A DNA stretch of 64,000 nt, taken from an uncultured bacterium. Lineage in GTDB: Bacteria; Fidelibacterota; Marinisomatia; Marinisomatales; J089. Within the stretch, counting starts at the first letter, position 1, and the number at the start of each line of letters is the position of its first letter. This document shows, one piece after another, positions 43,101-52,699 of the stretch. Where the stretch lies: the NCBI GenBank assembly GCA_964535735.1, contig CAZHTM010000005.1, positions 13,017-77,016 of the forward strand, written 5' to 3'. The notes beneath the pieces were generated by a model that was not told the origin of the DNA, did no database searches, and saw only the letters and a list, made by a program, of their open reading frames with translations. Made by a program: the position numbers and the translations under genes.

Positions 43101-44003
43101 ATGCAAAAAACGGTCAAGGTTCTTATTCTCGAAGACGACCATTTTTTTATCGCCCCCATTCGCTACCACTTAGAAAAGGCGGGTTATAAGGTCTTTGTCC
43201 TGGATGTATTGGAAAATGCTGAATCTGCACAAGAACTGGTTTTTCAGCATTCACCCAACATCATTCTATGTGATATCCAAATGCGGCCCAATGGGTTTGA
43301 GATACTTAAGACGATTAAAAGTCATTCCCAATTACGACTGATTCCCTTCATTTTCATGACCGGGATTGAATCCCTGCCGGAACGAATCCGTGCCTATCTT
43401 GGTGGGGTGGATGATTTTATAATCAAACCCATTAACCGGGATGAAATGCTGGCAAAAATCAGTTCTATTTTGAAACGACAGGACGATTTAGAGCATGCGA
43501 TTTATTTAGACCCGCTTACTCAAATTTACAACCGTCGGTTTTTCCAAAAAGAATTGGTGCGCCAGATCAAATTGCACCGCCGCCACGGAGATGGCTTTAC
43601 CCTGGTGTTAATGGATTTGGACCATTTTAAATCCATTAACGACACTTACGGTCATTCCTGCGGAGACCAGGTACTCATTGCCTTTACCCGCTTTATCCAA
43701 AATAATATTCGGACAACGGATATTTTATCCCGGTGGGGCGGTGAAGAATTCTTCCTGATTATGGAGCGATCGGAAATTGATGGCGCTGTGAAAACAGTGG
43801 AACTTCTTCTTAAGAACCTCCAGGAACAAGTTAAAGTCCGCTGGAATGATCAGGTAATCAGTTTCACCTTTAGCGCCGGTGTCGCCCAATTTCCCACTCA
43901 TGGTGAAGATCCCCAAGTGCTGATTGACACTGCTGACCGAGGGCTATACAAAGCCAAAGAATCTGGCCGTTGCCGTGTGGAAATCGGAACGCCGGAGCCT
44001 TAA
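43101..44003 (+). CDS. Response regulator with GGDEF diguanylate cyclase output (PleD/WspR-like)
   Basis: Receiver (ILEDD, ILCDIQM, FMTG, IIKP). The GGDEF domain has an intact GGEEF and an RxxD I-site (RTTD) 5 residues upstream. Confidence 0.9.
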   Translation: MQKTVKVLILEDDHFFIAPIRYHLEKAGYKVFVLDVLENAESAQELVFQHSPNIILCDIQMRPNGFEILKTIKSHSQLRLIPFIFMTGIESLPERIRAYLGGVDDFIIKPINRDEMLAKISSILKRQDDLEHAIYLDPLTQIYNRRFFQKELVRQIKLHRRHGDGFTLVLMDLDHFKSINDTYGHSCGDQVLIAFTRFIQNNIRTTDILSRWGGEEFFLIMERSEIDGAVKTVELLLKNLQEQVKVRWNDQVISFTFSAGVAQFPTHGEDPQVLIDTADRGLYKAKESGRCRVEIGTPEP

Positions 44004-46105
44004 GAGGCCCGACGTTCCGCCGCGTCTTTCAGATCTGGTTTAACGATAATCCGCCCTTCTTCCAGCGCGATCACCGCTCGATGCGCTTCCGGATACTCCA
44101 GCATTACCCGCGATAATTCCGCCAGAATCTCCCGTTTAATAAGTCGTTTCACTGGCCGGGCACCATATTCCGGATCATACCCATGTTCTGTCAGGTAATC
44201 CCGCACTTCATCGTTTATTACGATCTCCATGTTCGATTCTTTCACCTGTTTCAGCATACGGTTTAACTGAATATCCACAATTCCACGAATCACGGATTGA
44301 TCCAAATCGTTGAACTGGATCAGTTCATCAATTCGATTCAGGAATTCCGGACGTAGAACCGATTTCAGGTTTTCCTGTGCCAGGTTGGATGTCATAATGA
44401 TAATGGTATTCTTGAAATTCACGGTGCGACCCTTGGCATCCGTCAATCGACCGTCATCCAGAATCTGGAGCAGAATATTGAGCACATTGGGATGGGCTTT
44501 TTCAATTTCATCAAACAGGATTACGGCATAGGGCCGGCGCCGAATTTTTTCCGTGAGTTGGCCTCCTTCATCATAGCCCACATATCCCGGTGGTGCCCCA
44601 ATTAATTTGGCCACGGAATGGAGTTCCATATATTCACTCATATCGACACGGATCAGGGCCCGCTCATCATCAAATAGGGCTTCCGCCAGGGCTTTAGCGC
44701 ATTCTGTTTTTCCTACTCCCGTATTCCCAGTAAAGAGGAAGGAACCCAGCGGCCGATTCTGGTCCAACACACCCATCTTCGACATGCGAATCACATCGGC
44801 AACCTTGGTCAAGGCCAAATCATGTCCCACCACGCGGTTCCGGAGTTGATCCTCTAAATGGAGTAATTTTTCTTTCTCACCACTAAGCATTTTCGTGGTG
44901 GGGATTCCGGTCCATTTGGATACTATTTCGGCGATATCTTCTTCATCCACTTCCATTTTCAAGAAGTGGTGTTCCCGGGTGATCCGTTCGGTAGCCGCTT
45001 CAATCTCCCGTTCCAGTTTGGGTATTTCATCATAGAGAATGCGAGCTGACGTCTGGTAATCCCCGTTGCGTTGCGCCTGGTCACTTTGATTCTGGAGCTC
45101 TTCTACACGGGACTTCAACGATTGTATTTGATTGACCGTCTCTTTTTCCCGTTCCCAGATTTTAGTCAAACTTTCCAACTCAGCTTTCAAGGCTTTAATC
45201 TCTGATTTGACCTGTTCCAACCGTTCCCGGGATTTGGCATCCTTTTCTTTTTTCAGCGCTTCCCGCTCCACTTCTAATTGTAGAAGTTTCCGCCGTTTAT
45301 CGTCAATTTCCGCCGGCGCCGAATTCATTTCAATTTTCAGTTTAGCAGCGGCTTCATCCACCAAATCCACGGCTTTATCCGGTAGAAACCGATCCGATAT
45401 GTATCGGTCAGAAAGACTTGCTGCTGCAATTAGGGCCGAATCTTTAATATGGAGTCCGTGATGGATTTCGTATTTATCCTTGATTCCACGTAAAATAGTA
45501 ATCGTGTCTTCAACGCCTGGTTCTGCTATGTATACCTGTTGGAACCGGCGTTCAAGCGCAGCATCTTTTTCGATATATTTTTGATACTCATTGAGAGTGG
45601 TGGCCCCAATCACCTTCATCCGGCCTCGGGCTAGCTCCGGCTTAATCATGTTGGATACATCCATTTGACCTTCACCACCTCCGGCACCTACAATCATATG
45701 TAATTCATCAATGAATAAAATGATTTCGCCATCACTTTCGACAATTTTTTTAACAAAATTTTTCAACCGTTCTTCAAACTGTCCACGATACATGGCCCCA
45801 GCAACCATAGCGCTGAGGTCCAATGCAATCAAGCGTTTACGTTTCAGGTTTTCCGGGACATCCCCTTCGATAATGCGACGGGCCAATCCTTCCACCACGG
45901 TAGTTTTTCCGGTTCCTGGTTCTCCAATCAGGACAGGATTATTTTTTGTCCGCCGCGTTAAAATTTGTATGATACGACGAATTTCATTTTCACGACCAAT
46001 TACGGGATCCACCTTGCCTTGACGAGCCAATTCCGTAAGGTCAACGCCATATTTTTCCAGAGGGTTTACCCCTTCTTCAGGATTCATAGTTTGTTGCATA
46101 TTCAT
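44000..46105 (-). CDS. clpB: ClpB-type AAA+ disaggregase lacking the N-terminal domain
   Basis: Two NBDs ([16 protein letters not shown]) and a long coiled-coil middle domain. The protein begins just before NBD1 ([29 protein letters not shown]). I prefer ATG 46105, which follows GGAGAGG, over GTG 46132. Confidence 0.85.
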   Translation of the reverse strand: MNMQQTMNPEEGVNPLEKYGVDLTELARQGKVDPVIGRENEIRRIIQILTRRTKNNPVLIGEPGTGKTTVVEGLARRIIEGDVPENLKRKRLIALDLSAMVAGAMYRGQFEERLKNFVKKIVESDGEIILFIDELHMIVGAGGGEGQMDVSNMIKPELARGRMKVIGATTLNEYQKYIEKDAALERRFQQVYIAEPGVEDTITILRGIKDKYEIHHGLHIKDSALIAAASLSDRYISDRFLPDKAVDLVDEAAAKLKIEMNSAPAEIDDKRRKLLQLEVEREALKKEKDAKSRERLEQVKSEIKALKAELESLTKIWEREKETVNQIQSLKSRVEELQNQSDQAQRNGDYQTSARILYDEIPKLEREIEAATERITREHHFLKMEVDEEDIAEIVSKWTGIPTTKMLSGEKEKLLHLEDQLRNRVVGHDLALTKVADVIRMSKMGVLDQNRPLGSFLFTGNTGVGKTECAKALAEALFDDERALIRVDMSEYMELHSVAKLIGAPPGYVGYDEGGQLTEKIRRRPYAVILFDEIEKAHPNVLNILLQILDDGRLTDAKGRTVNFKNTIIIMTSNLAQENLKSVLRPEFLNRIDELIQFNDLDQSVIRGIVDIQLNRMLKQVKESNMEIVINDEVRDYLTEHGYDPEYGARPVKRLIKREILAELSRVMLEYPEAHRAVIALEEGRIIVKPDLKDAAERRAS

Positions 46106-46213
46106 ATTGCCTCTCCTTTTTCGTCCTTCCACCTTGCCAAGGATATACCAAACCCGAATCTGCGACAGTCCGGTTCCGGTACTGGTCAGAGTGGCATCGT
46201 TCTAATGTAGGGG

Positions 46214-46230
46214 TGGCACATGTATCGCCA
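46214..46230. promoter_or_regulatory. Palindromic sigma-54-like element TGGCACATGTATCGCCA between divergent clpB and pepF
   Basis: The plus strand reads TGGCAC-N5-TCGC and the minus strand reads TGGCGA-N5-GTGC. Both have GG-N10-GC spacing. Confidence 0.35.
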
Positions 46231-46364
46231 ATCTGTCAGGGGATATTTAAATCAAAAACGAATAAAAAAAACTATGATCAAAAGAAACCTTTCACTTGTT
46301 CAATGCACCCAATATTGAGCATTTTCACCCGGTTTTTATTCATCTGAAACGTAAGAGAGACATC

Positions 46365-48248
46365 ATGAAAAATTCCTATCGATTAACTTGTGTTTTAACA
46401 GTCCTGTGCATCACCAGTTTATTGGTGGGCAAACCAAAAACACTCAAACGTTCTGAAATTCCCGATAAGTATAAGTGGAATCTTACCGATATTTATTCTG
46501 ATTGGACCGCCTGGGAGGCCGATTATCAACGTCTTCAGGATATTATGGACCAATATTCAGCTTTGAAAGGAACGTTGAATCAAGGCCCCGACGCTATTTT
46601 AAACGCTTATAAACTCTCCGATGAATTGGGCATCCTGGCTGAAAAAGTGTATAGCTACGCATCCTTAAATCGTGACGTGGACAGCCGGAATAATGACAAC
46701 GCCGCAAAACTTCAACAGGTACAAATTCTCTTTTCCAAGTTTGGAACCGCAACGGCCTGGTTCGATCCTGAACTCCTGAGCATTCCCTGGGAAACCATGT
46801 CGACCTGGTTGGATCAAACGCCTGATCTGGCGCCCTATCGGTTCTCCATCGAAAACCTGTATCGTCAACAAAAACACGTTTTGGATGAAGAAGGTGAACG
46901 ACTGCTCTCCTACTTTTCCCGTTTTAACAGCACGCCGCGGTCCATACATTCTGAATTATCCACATCTGACATCAAATTCCCGGATGTTGTATTGTCCACC
47001 GGAGATTCCGTTACCATCACCCCGGGTCAATATCGGTTGATCTTAAGCACCAACCGTAATCAGGATGACCGGCGTTTGGCCTTTGAAACCCGTAACGGAC
47101 TCTATAATGCCAACATTAATACTTACGCGGCCATTTATAATGGGATTTGTCAGCGAGATTGGGCTGTGGCTCAGGCCCGTAATTACTCCTCCACACTGGA
47201 GGCCGCTTTAGACAATAACAATATTCCCATGGACGTCTATCTTAATCTGATTCAGGAAGTCAAGAAAGGAACCGAATCGCTGAGAAAATATCACCGGCTG
47301 CGAAAGCAGGCTCTGGGACTTGATGAATATCACCTTTATGACAGCAGCATTCCAGTAGTGGATTTCAACAAGACCTATGAATATGATGAAGTGGCAGACA
47401 TCATTCAACACGGTGTTAAGATTCTGGGAAAAGATTATGGAAAGAAGCTAAAAGCAGCCTTTGAAGGCGGTTGGGTCGATGTCTATGAAAATGAGGGTAA
47501 ACGAGGCGGCGCCTACTCATCCGGTGTCTATGGCGTTCATCCGTATATGCTTCTAAACTACAGCGACACCATGGATGATATGTTTACGGTCGCCCACGAA
47601 ATGGGGCATTCCATGCACACCATGTATGCCAATGAAAATCAACCCTACGCCACAGCCGATTACACGATCTTCGTTGCGGAAGTGGCATCCACTCTTAACG
47701 AAGCGTTGCTTCTGGATTATCTTTTGGAAAAATCCAAAGACCCCAAAGAACGTATTGCACTTTTATCCTTAGCGATAGATAATATTGCAGGAACCTTTTT
47801 TACACAGGTCATGTTTGCTGATTTTGAATTACAAGCCCATAAACTGGCAGAAGAGGGAAAGCCTATTACAGCAGATGTTCTGAATGGCATTTATCGACAG
47901 CTTCTTCAAGAATATTATGGTGACGACGTGGCGCATGACGACCTCTATGACATCACCTGGGCCCGGATACCTCATTTCTATTTCGCACCCTACTATGTGT
48001 TCCAATACGCCACCTGTTTTGCATCCTCAGCAAAAATTGTCTCGGATATCAAGGCAGCAAAAGGTCGGAAGCGGAAAAAAGTCGTGGAACGCTACCTAAA
48101 TCTTTTGAAATCCGGCGGCAACGACTATCCTATGGAACAGTTGAAAGCTGCGGGTGTCGATCTCAGCAAGCCAGAGACCATCCAAGCTGTGCTGAAGCAA
48201 ATGGAGTCACTAGTAGATCAGTTTGAAAAAGAAGTCAGCCAACTCTGA
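46365..48248 (+). CDS. pepF: Oligoendopeptidase F (M3B family), secreted/lipoprotein-like
   Basis: HEMGHSMH zinc motif and M3B-like length. I moved the start to ATG 46365, which gives the signal peptide MKNSYRLTCVLTVLCITSLLVG. Confidence 0.85.
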   Translation: MKNSYRLTCVLTVLCITSLLVGKPKTLKRSEIPDKYKWNLTDIYSDWTAWEADYQRLQDIMDQYSALKGTLNQGPDAILNAYKLSDELGILAEKVYSYASLNRDVDSRNNDNAAKLQQVQILFSKFGTATAWFDPELLSIPWETMSTWLDQTPDLAPYRFSIENLYRQQKHVLDEEGERLLSYFSRFNSTPRSIHSELSTSDIKFPDVVLSTGDSVTITPGQYRLILSTNRNQDDRRLAFETRNGLYNANINTYAAIYNGICQRDWAVAQARNYSSTLEAALDNNNIPMDVYLNLIQEVKKGTESLRKYHRLRKQALGLDEYHLYDSSIPVVDFNKTYEYDEVADIIQHGVKILGKDYGKKLKAAFEGGWVDVYENEGKRGGAYSSGVYGVHPYMLLNYSDTMDDMFTVAHEMGHSMHTMYANENQPYATADYTIFVAEVASTLNEALLLDYLLEKSKDPKERIALLSLAIDNIAGTFFTQVMFADFELQAHKLAEEGKPITADVLNGIYRQLLQEYYGDDVAHDDLYDITWARIPHFYFAPYYVFQYATCFASSAKIVSDIKAAKGRKRKKVVERYLNLLKSGGNDYPMEQLKAAGVDLSKPETIQAVLKQMESLVDQFEKEVSQL

Positions 48249-48282
48249 TACTTCGGACATTTCGTCCTATAGAAATAAGTAG

Positions 48283-49125
48283 TTAATACAGCGCTTTTTC
48301 GATCGATATGGCTGTATCGAGGAATTGGCGACAGAGCTTATCCTGGTTTTCTTCCTCTTTCCAGATTTGAGAGCCTAGCAGTACCGCACCGAACCAACCC
48401 TCTTTGTGCCAATGGCCGCCGGATGGTAATTCATCCTCAGGAGGAGTTTCAGGACGAGGATAAGGATTTACGTACCAGTAGGGCTCCGGGTACACCTCAT
48501 CCCCCGGAGAAAGTCCTAGCCCAATCGATTGGGAAAAATCATAGGACTTTCCCATGGAAATCAACGCGCCGATATCAAAATGATGCGGCCAACACCTGGG
48601 ATGGGTAGCGTCTTCTTCCCAATCTACGACTGATTCTAAGAGGGCAAATCCGTTGTGAAACCAGTGAGCCAATTCCTGTAGTGCTTCAGGATCAGAACGA
48701 TCAAACGAAGCTCCATTACCCACTGGATGAGCTGGCATTTCATAATCCCGCAAAATGGGTTCACGCTCCATGGGTCGGCCTGTTAAGCGTTCTATAGCCC
48801 CCGCGACCCATTGAAGCGCTTCTTCGATCGATTTTCCAGCCAAAGGCAATGAGGCAAACTCTTTTCCGAAGGCATCCAAAAAACTAATGGTTAAATAGGG
48901 TATTTTTAGCGCCAGGTGAAAGCCATCCGGTGTCTCCTGACCCACTAAGGCTTCCAGATCGGCTCGCCATGACAAATTGGTATGACTGTCGTCTGGTTTA
49001 GGGGATATACATACATCCGCCACAGCTGATAAAATTTGGGTAGCCCAATGGCATTGCAAACGGGCATTGACCAATCGTTCCACCTCTATTTCGTCGACTG
49101 TTTTCCAGCTTACAGAGTCACTCAT
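48283..49125 (-). CDS. Hypothetical protein (280 aa)
   Basis: Clean ORF whose start overlaps the upstream gene's stop. Family not recognised. Confidence 0.5.
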   Translation of the reverse strand: MSDSVSWKTVDEIEVERLVNARLQCHWATQILSAVADVCISPKPDDSHTNLSWRADLEALVGQETPDGFHLALKIPYLTISFLDAFGKEFASLPLAGKSIEEALQWVAGAIERLTGRPMEREPILRDYEMPAHPVGNGASFDRSDPEALQELAHWFHNGFALLESVVDWEEDATHPRCWPHHFDIGALISMGKSYDFSQSIGLGLSPGDEVYPEPYWYVNPYPRPETPPEDELPSGGHWHKEGWFGAVLLGSQIWKEEENQDKLCRQFLDTAISIEKALY

Positions 49126-50755
49126 ACGAGATTCCTTCCTGGTTTAGAACAACACCACCATAAGATACACCTGTTAAATACATCATTTCCCGTTTAAAGG
49201 TGGTCAAATCGTTGATGTTAAATTTTTTCAAAGCCTCATGACCACAGGCCCGGGCCAGAATTTTCATGAGCTCCACAGAGGAGCGAAAAAACCGATTCAG
49301 TCGTTCCGCCGCCTCCTGGACCGGAAGTCGAGCCCTCAAATCCTCTTTTTGAGTGGCGATTCCCACGGGGCAATTATTGGTATGACAGGCCCGCATCCCA
49401 ATACATCCTATCGCCTGAAGGGCCGCGTTGGAAACGGCTATGCCATCAGCTCCCAGCGCCAAGGCTTTAGCAAAATCTGCCGGTGTTCGTAATCCACCGG
49501 TAATAATCAGCGTAACATCTTGACGTTGGCGTCGATCCAGATGTCGCCGGGCTCGTGCTAATGCCGGTATTGTTGGTACGGAGATATGATCCCTGAAAAT
49601 CAGGGGCGCAGCACCGGTACCACCTCCCCGGCCGTCTAAAATGATATAGTCTACGCCGACTTCCAAAGCCGCATCCACGTCCTCTTCAATATGCTGGGCC
49701 GATAATTTGAATCCAATGGGTATACCTCCAGTCCGTTCCCGGACCTCGTCCGCAAAATCGCGGTAATCAGAAAGGTTTTCCCAGTCGGGAAACCGAGCGG
49801 GAGAAATAGCGGGCTCACCTTCCGGAAGTCCTCGTACCTGGGCAATTTTTCCCTGAACTTTCTCTCCTGGAAGATGTCCTCCGGTTCCGGTTTTTGCTCC
49901 CTGTCCACCTTTGAAATGAAAAGCCTGGACACGGGTCACTTTATCCCAACTCCATCCAAACCGACCTGATGCCAATTCATAGAAATATCGGGAATTGGCG
50001 GCCTGTTCTTCTGGAAGCATCCCTCCTTCCCCGGAACAAATCCCTGTACCCGCCAGTTCGGCGCCCGTTGCCAGGGCGATCTTGGCTTCTTCCGACAATG
50101 CGCCATAACTCATATCTGAGACAAACAAAGGAATCTCCAGACGGAGAGGTTTCCTAGCATTGGGACCAATCACCAACTCCGTAGCCACCGGTTCATCGTC
50201 TAGTCGGGGAAGGGTATGCAATTGCGCCACAACAAACTGCAAATCATCCCAGGAAGGTAATTCCTGGCGAGGAACACCCATAGCTTCCGTAGGGCCATGG
50301 TGACCGGTTCGGGAAAGCCCGTAGCCCGCTAACTCCCGGATCATTCCTACATGGGGTTCTACCTCCGTACCGTGAGGATCCTGAAACGCGCCTTGATACT
50401 CTTTCCGATTCCAGGATTGAGGATGACGAGATTGCCAGTCCACTATTTCTGTTTCATCCACCCACAAGGCGCCCTCTTCTACCCAGGAAGTAAACTTCTT
50501 TAATTGTTCCTGGTTGTTGTATTCACTGATCCCGGAATCGATGCGGTAATCCCAGCGATGGAGGCCGCAAATAAGGTTTCGGCCTTCGATAGTTCCATCG
50601 GATAATAGAGCGCCCCGATGTAAACACCGGCCATACAGAACATGAAATTGGTCGCCATCCCGAATAATGACCAAATCGACCTCGCCCACAATCGCATGTT
50701 GCGGCATCTGATTAGGTACATCCTGAACGTAACTTAACTTTATTGGTTTTTTCAA
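49118..50755 (-). CDS. Rieske [2Fe-2S] domain fused to glutamate-synthase-related FMN-binding (GltB domain 2-like) protein
   Basis: CLHRG...CGLHRWDY Rieske ligands at the N-terminus. The rest has GltS-like motifs (GEGGMLPEE, GGQGAKTGTGGHLPG, GRGGGTGAAP). Confidence 0.8.
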   Translation of the reverse strand: MKKPIKLSYVQDVPNQMPQHAIVGEVDLVIIRDGDQFHVLYGRCLHRGALLSDGTIEGRNLICGLHRWDYRIDSGISEYNNQEQLKKFTSWVEEGALWVDETEIVDWQSRHPQSWNRKEYQGAFQDPHGTEVEPHVGMIRELAGYGLSRTGHHGPTEAMGVPRQELPSWDDLQFVVAQLHTLPRLDDEPVATELVIGPNARKPLRLEIPLFVSDMSYGALSEEAKIALATGAELAGTGICSGEGGMLPEEQAANSRYFYELASGRFGWSWDKVTRVQAFHFKGGQGAKTGTGGHLPGEKVQGKIAQVRGLPEGEPAISPARFPDWENLSDYRDFADEVRERTGGIPIGFKLSAQHIEEDVDAALEVGVDYIILDGRGGGTGAAPLIFRDHISVPTIPALARARRHLDRRQRQDVTLIITGGLRTPADFAKALALGADGIAVSNAALQAIGCIGMRACHTNNCPVGIATQKEDLRARLPVQEAAERLNRFFRSSVELMKILARACGHEALKKFNINDLTTFKREMMYLTGVSYGGVVLNQEGISYE

Positions 50756-50816
50756 AACATCCTCTTCCTGGAGAGATACATAACCGGAAACCAGGATATG
50801 TTAATTATTTAATCGG

Positions 50817-51695
50817 TCACATGACTGTCATTTTTTCTGATGATACGATCAGGGAATCGAGAAAAGCTTCCAATTTCCAGACCATCGATGGGCTATGAGT
50901 ATTGGAATTCGTGCCCATATCCAGATATTGGCCATTGGGGAGGAGGGTTTCCATGATCTCCAGGTTATTGGGCTCATGCAAAATATCTTGAGACCCACCC
51001 ATGATAAGCACTGGACACGTGATGTCCGGAAGCCGATCCCATACTGTGTAATGTGCCAACTCTCGGGCAGCTTGTTTTAATCGTACTGGATCGGCTTCAT
51101 CCAATGCAGCACAATATTTTTCATATTGAGTCCGGTCATGATCCACATCTAACCGGAATGTTCGGAGGTACCATTTCACAAAAGGTTTCATAATGAAATA
51201 TAGAATCGGAGGAAAACAGGCAATCAAGGCTTGTCCCCAAAGAGGTATCCTAAATTCGGCATTCGGTCCTACCAATGCTAATGCTCGTGGCAACGAATCC
51301 AGATACTGCATGGCTTCCAGAATGGCCGTGGCTCCTAATGAGCTGCCAAACCAGACGGTTGTTTCCGGATTAAGATCCAAATGTCGGGCAACATTTATAA
51401 GGTCAGCAGCAATGGCTTCCACACCAAAAGAAACGTCGGATTTTACTACTGCCGATTGTTTCTCCCGTGTTTCCAGATAGATTACCGGCCAGATTGCGGT
51501 CATTTCCTGAAGGACAGTTTTCCAACCTTCTATCCTCGATATCCATCCAGGGATGAAGAAAATGGTAACAGGATTGGGCTGGGAAGGTGTAAAGCGATAG
51601 GCTCTCAATGTTATACCTTGGTCCACTGAAATGGATAATGTTTCCACAGTGGTACCCGGGGCACAATACGACTTCAGGTTCAGGGAATCTGTCAT
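50817..51695 (-). CDS. Alpha/beta hydrolase
   Basis: Nucleophile elbow GSSLGA and typical length. Confidence 0.7.
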   Translation of the reverse strand: MTDSLNLKSYCAPGTTVETLSISVDQGITLRAYRFTPSQPNPVTIFFIPGWISRIEGWKTVLQEMTAIWPVIYLETREKQSAVVKSDVSFGVEAIAADLINVARHLDLNPETTVWFGSSLGATAILEAMQYLDSLPRALALVGPNAEFRIPLWGQALIACFPPILYFIMKPFVKWYLRTFRLDVDHDRTQYEKYCAALDEADPVRLKQAARELAHYTVWDRLPDITCPVLIMGGSQDILHEPNNLEIMETLLPNGQYLDMGTNSNTHSPSMVWKLEAFLDSLIVSSEKMTVM

Positions 51696-52633
51696 ACAAT
51701 CACCTTGAGCATTTTAGGAAGGATGGAATACCGGGCGGGCGTGGTTCCCGCGATTTGACCGTCGGCTTCGATTACCATGGGAACCTCGGTTTCAACCTTT
51801 ACATTTTTAGTTTCACGGTAATACGCTTCCGGATAGTCCAACACCGTTCCAGTATACAGCGTGGGAATCAGTCGCATAAGCCGTCGGCGGGTTGCCGCTT
51901 CCAGCCAGGCCACCCCCAACTTTCCGTCATCTTGTTCCGGAGCGCGACCATATCTCATCCCACCACCAAAATAAGGCGTTTTATACACCGTGAGATTGGA
52001 AAAGGCCGCTACAGGATAAGATTGACCATCTAAGGTTAGCGTAACTTCCGTGGGAATATAGTTCCGAATTGCCTGAAGACCGGCTAAAATTGCGGCTCCA
52101 TCTACAGTCAGACGTTTGAGCGTTAACTCCCAACCGGACATGGCATTGAATTTATCGTTGGCCAGGCTGATGACACCAATGCTGGAATTATTGGCAAAGT
52201 AGAATTCTTTCTGGTTTCCATTAGCATCATCCAGAATAATCCGCCCCACATCAATACGTCGCTCGTCTGTTCCCAGAACTTTATCAATAGACGATCGACC
52301 CGTAGTGAATTTTTTCTCGAAATCGCAACTGCTTCCAGCGGCTAAATAAAGCCATTGGCAATCGGGATTTGTTAAGGTTCCATCTGAGAAAGCGCCATTT
52401 AACGCTTCATTAAACGTGCCATCGCCTCCAACGATGCCTAAACGATCAATTCCGTGGGTCATCCACTCCCGGACAATATCGGTGGCATGTCCAGGGTATT
52501 CAGTTTTTCGAACTTCATAAGGAATTCCTCTGGCATCCAGGTGGTTTTTCAGATCTAACCACCGTTGTTCTCCCCGATATCCACCTGCAGCAGGATTCCA
52601 AAGGATCTTCAATGATCTAAATGGCAGATTCAC
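51692..52633 (-). CDS. Diacylglycerol/lipid kinase family protein (YegS-like)
   Basis: GGDGTFNEALNG catalytic-domain motif, 313 aa. Confidence 0.8.
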   Translation of the reverse strand: MNLPFRSLKILWNPAAGGYRGEQRWLDLKNHLDARGIPYEVRKTEYPGHATDIVREWMTHGIDRLGIVGGDGTFNEALNGAFSDGTLTNPDCQWLYLAAGSSCDFEKKFTTGRSSIDKVLGTDERRIDVGRIILDDANGNQKEFYFANNSSIGVISLANDKFNAMSGWELTLKRLTVDGAAILAGLQAIRNYIPTEVTLTLDGQSYPVAAFSNLTVYKTPYFGGGMRYGRAPEQDDGKLGVAWLEAATRRRLMRLIPTLYTGTVLDYPEAYYRETKNVKVETEVPMVIEADGQIAGTTPARYSILPKMLKVIV

Positions 52634-52699
52634 GATTCAGGCAACCCTATTCACCCTAAATAGGATCATTTCCTGAGGTTATAAATGTGGTATTGAAGA

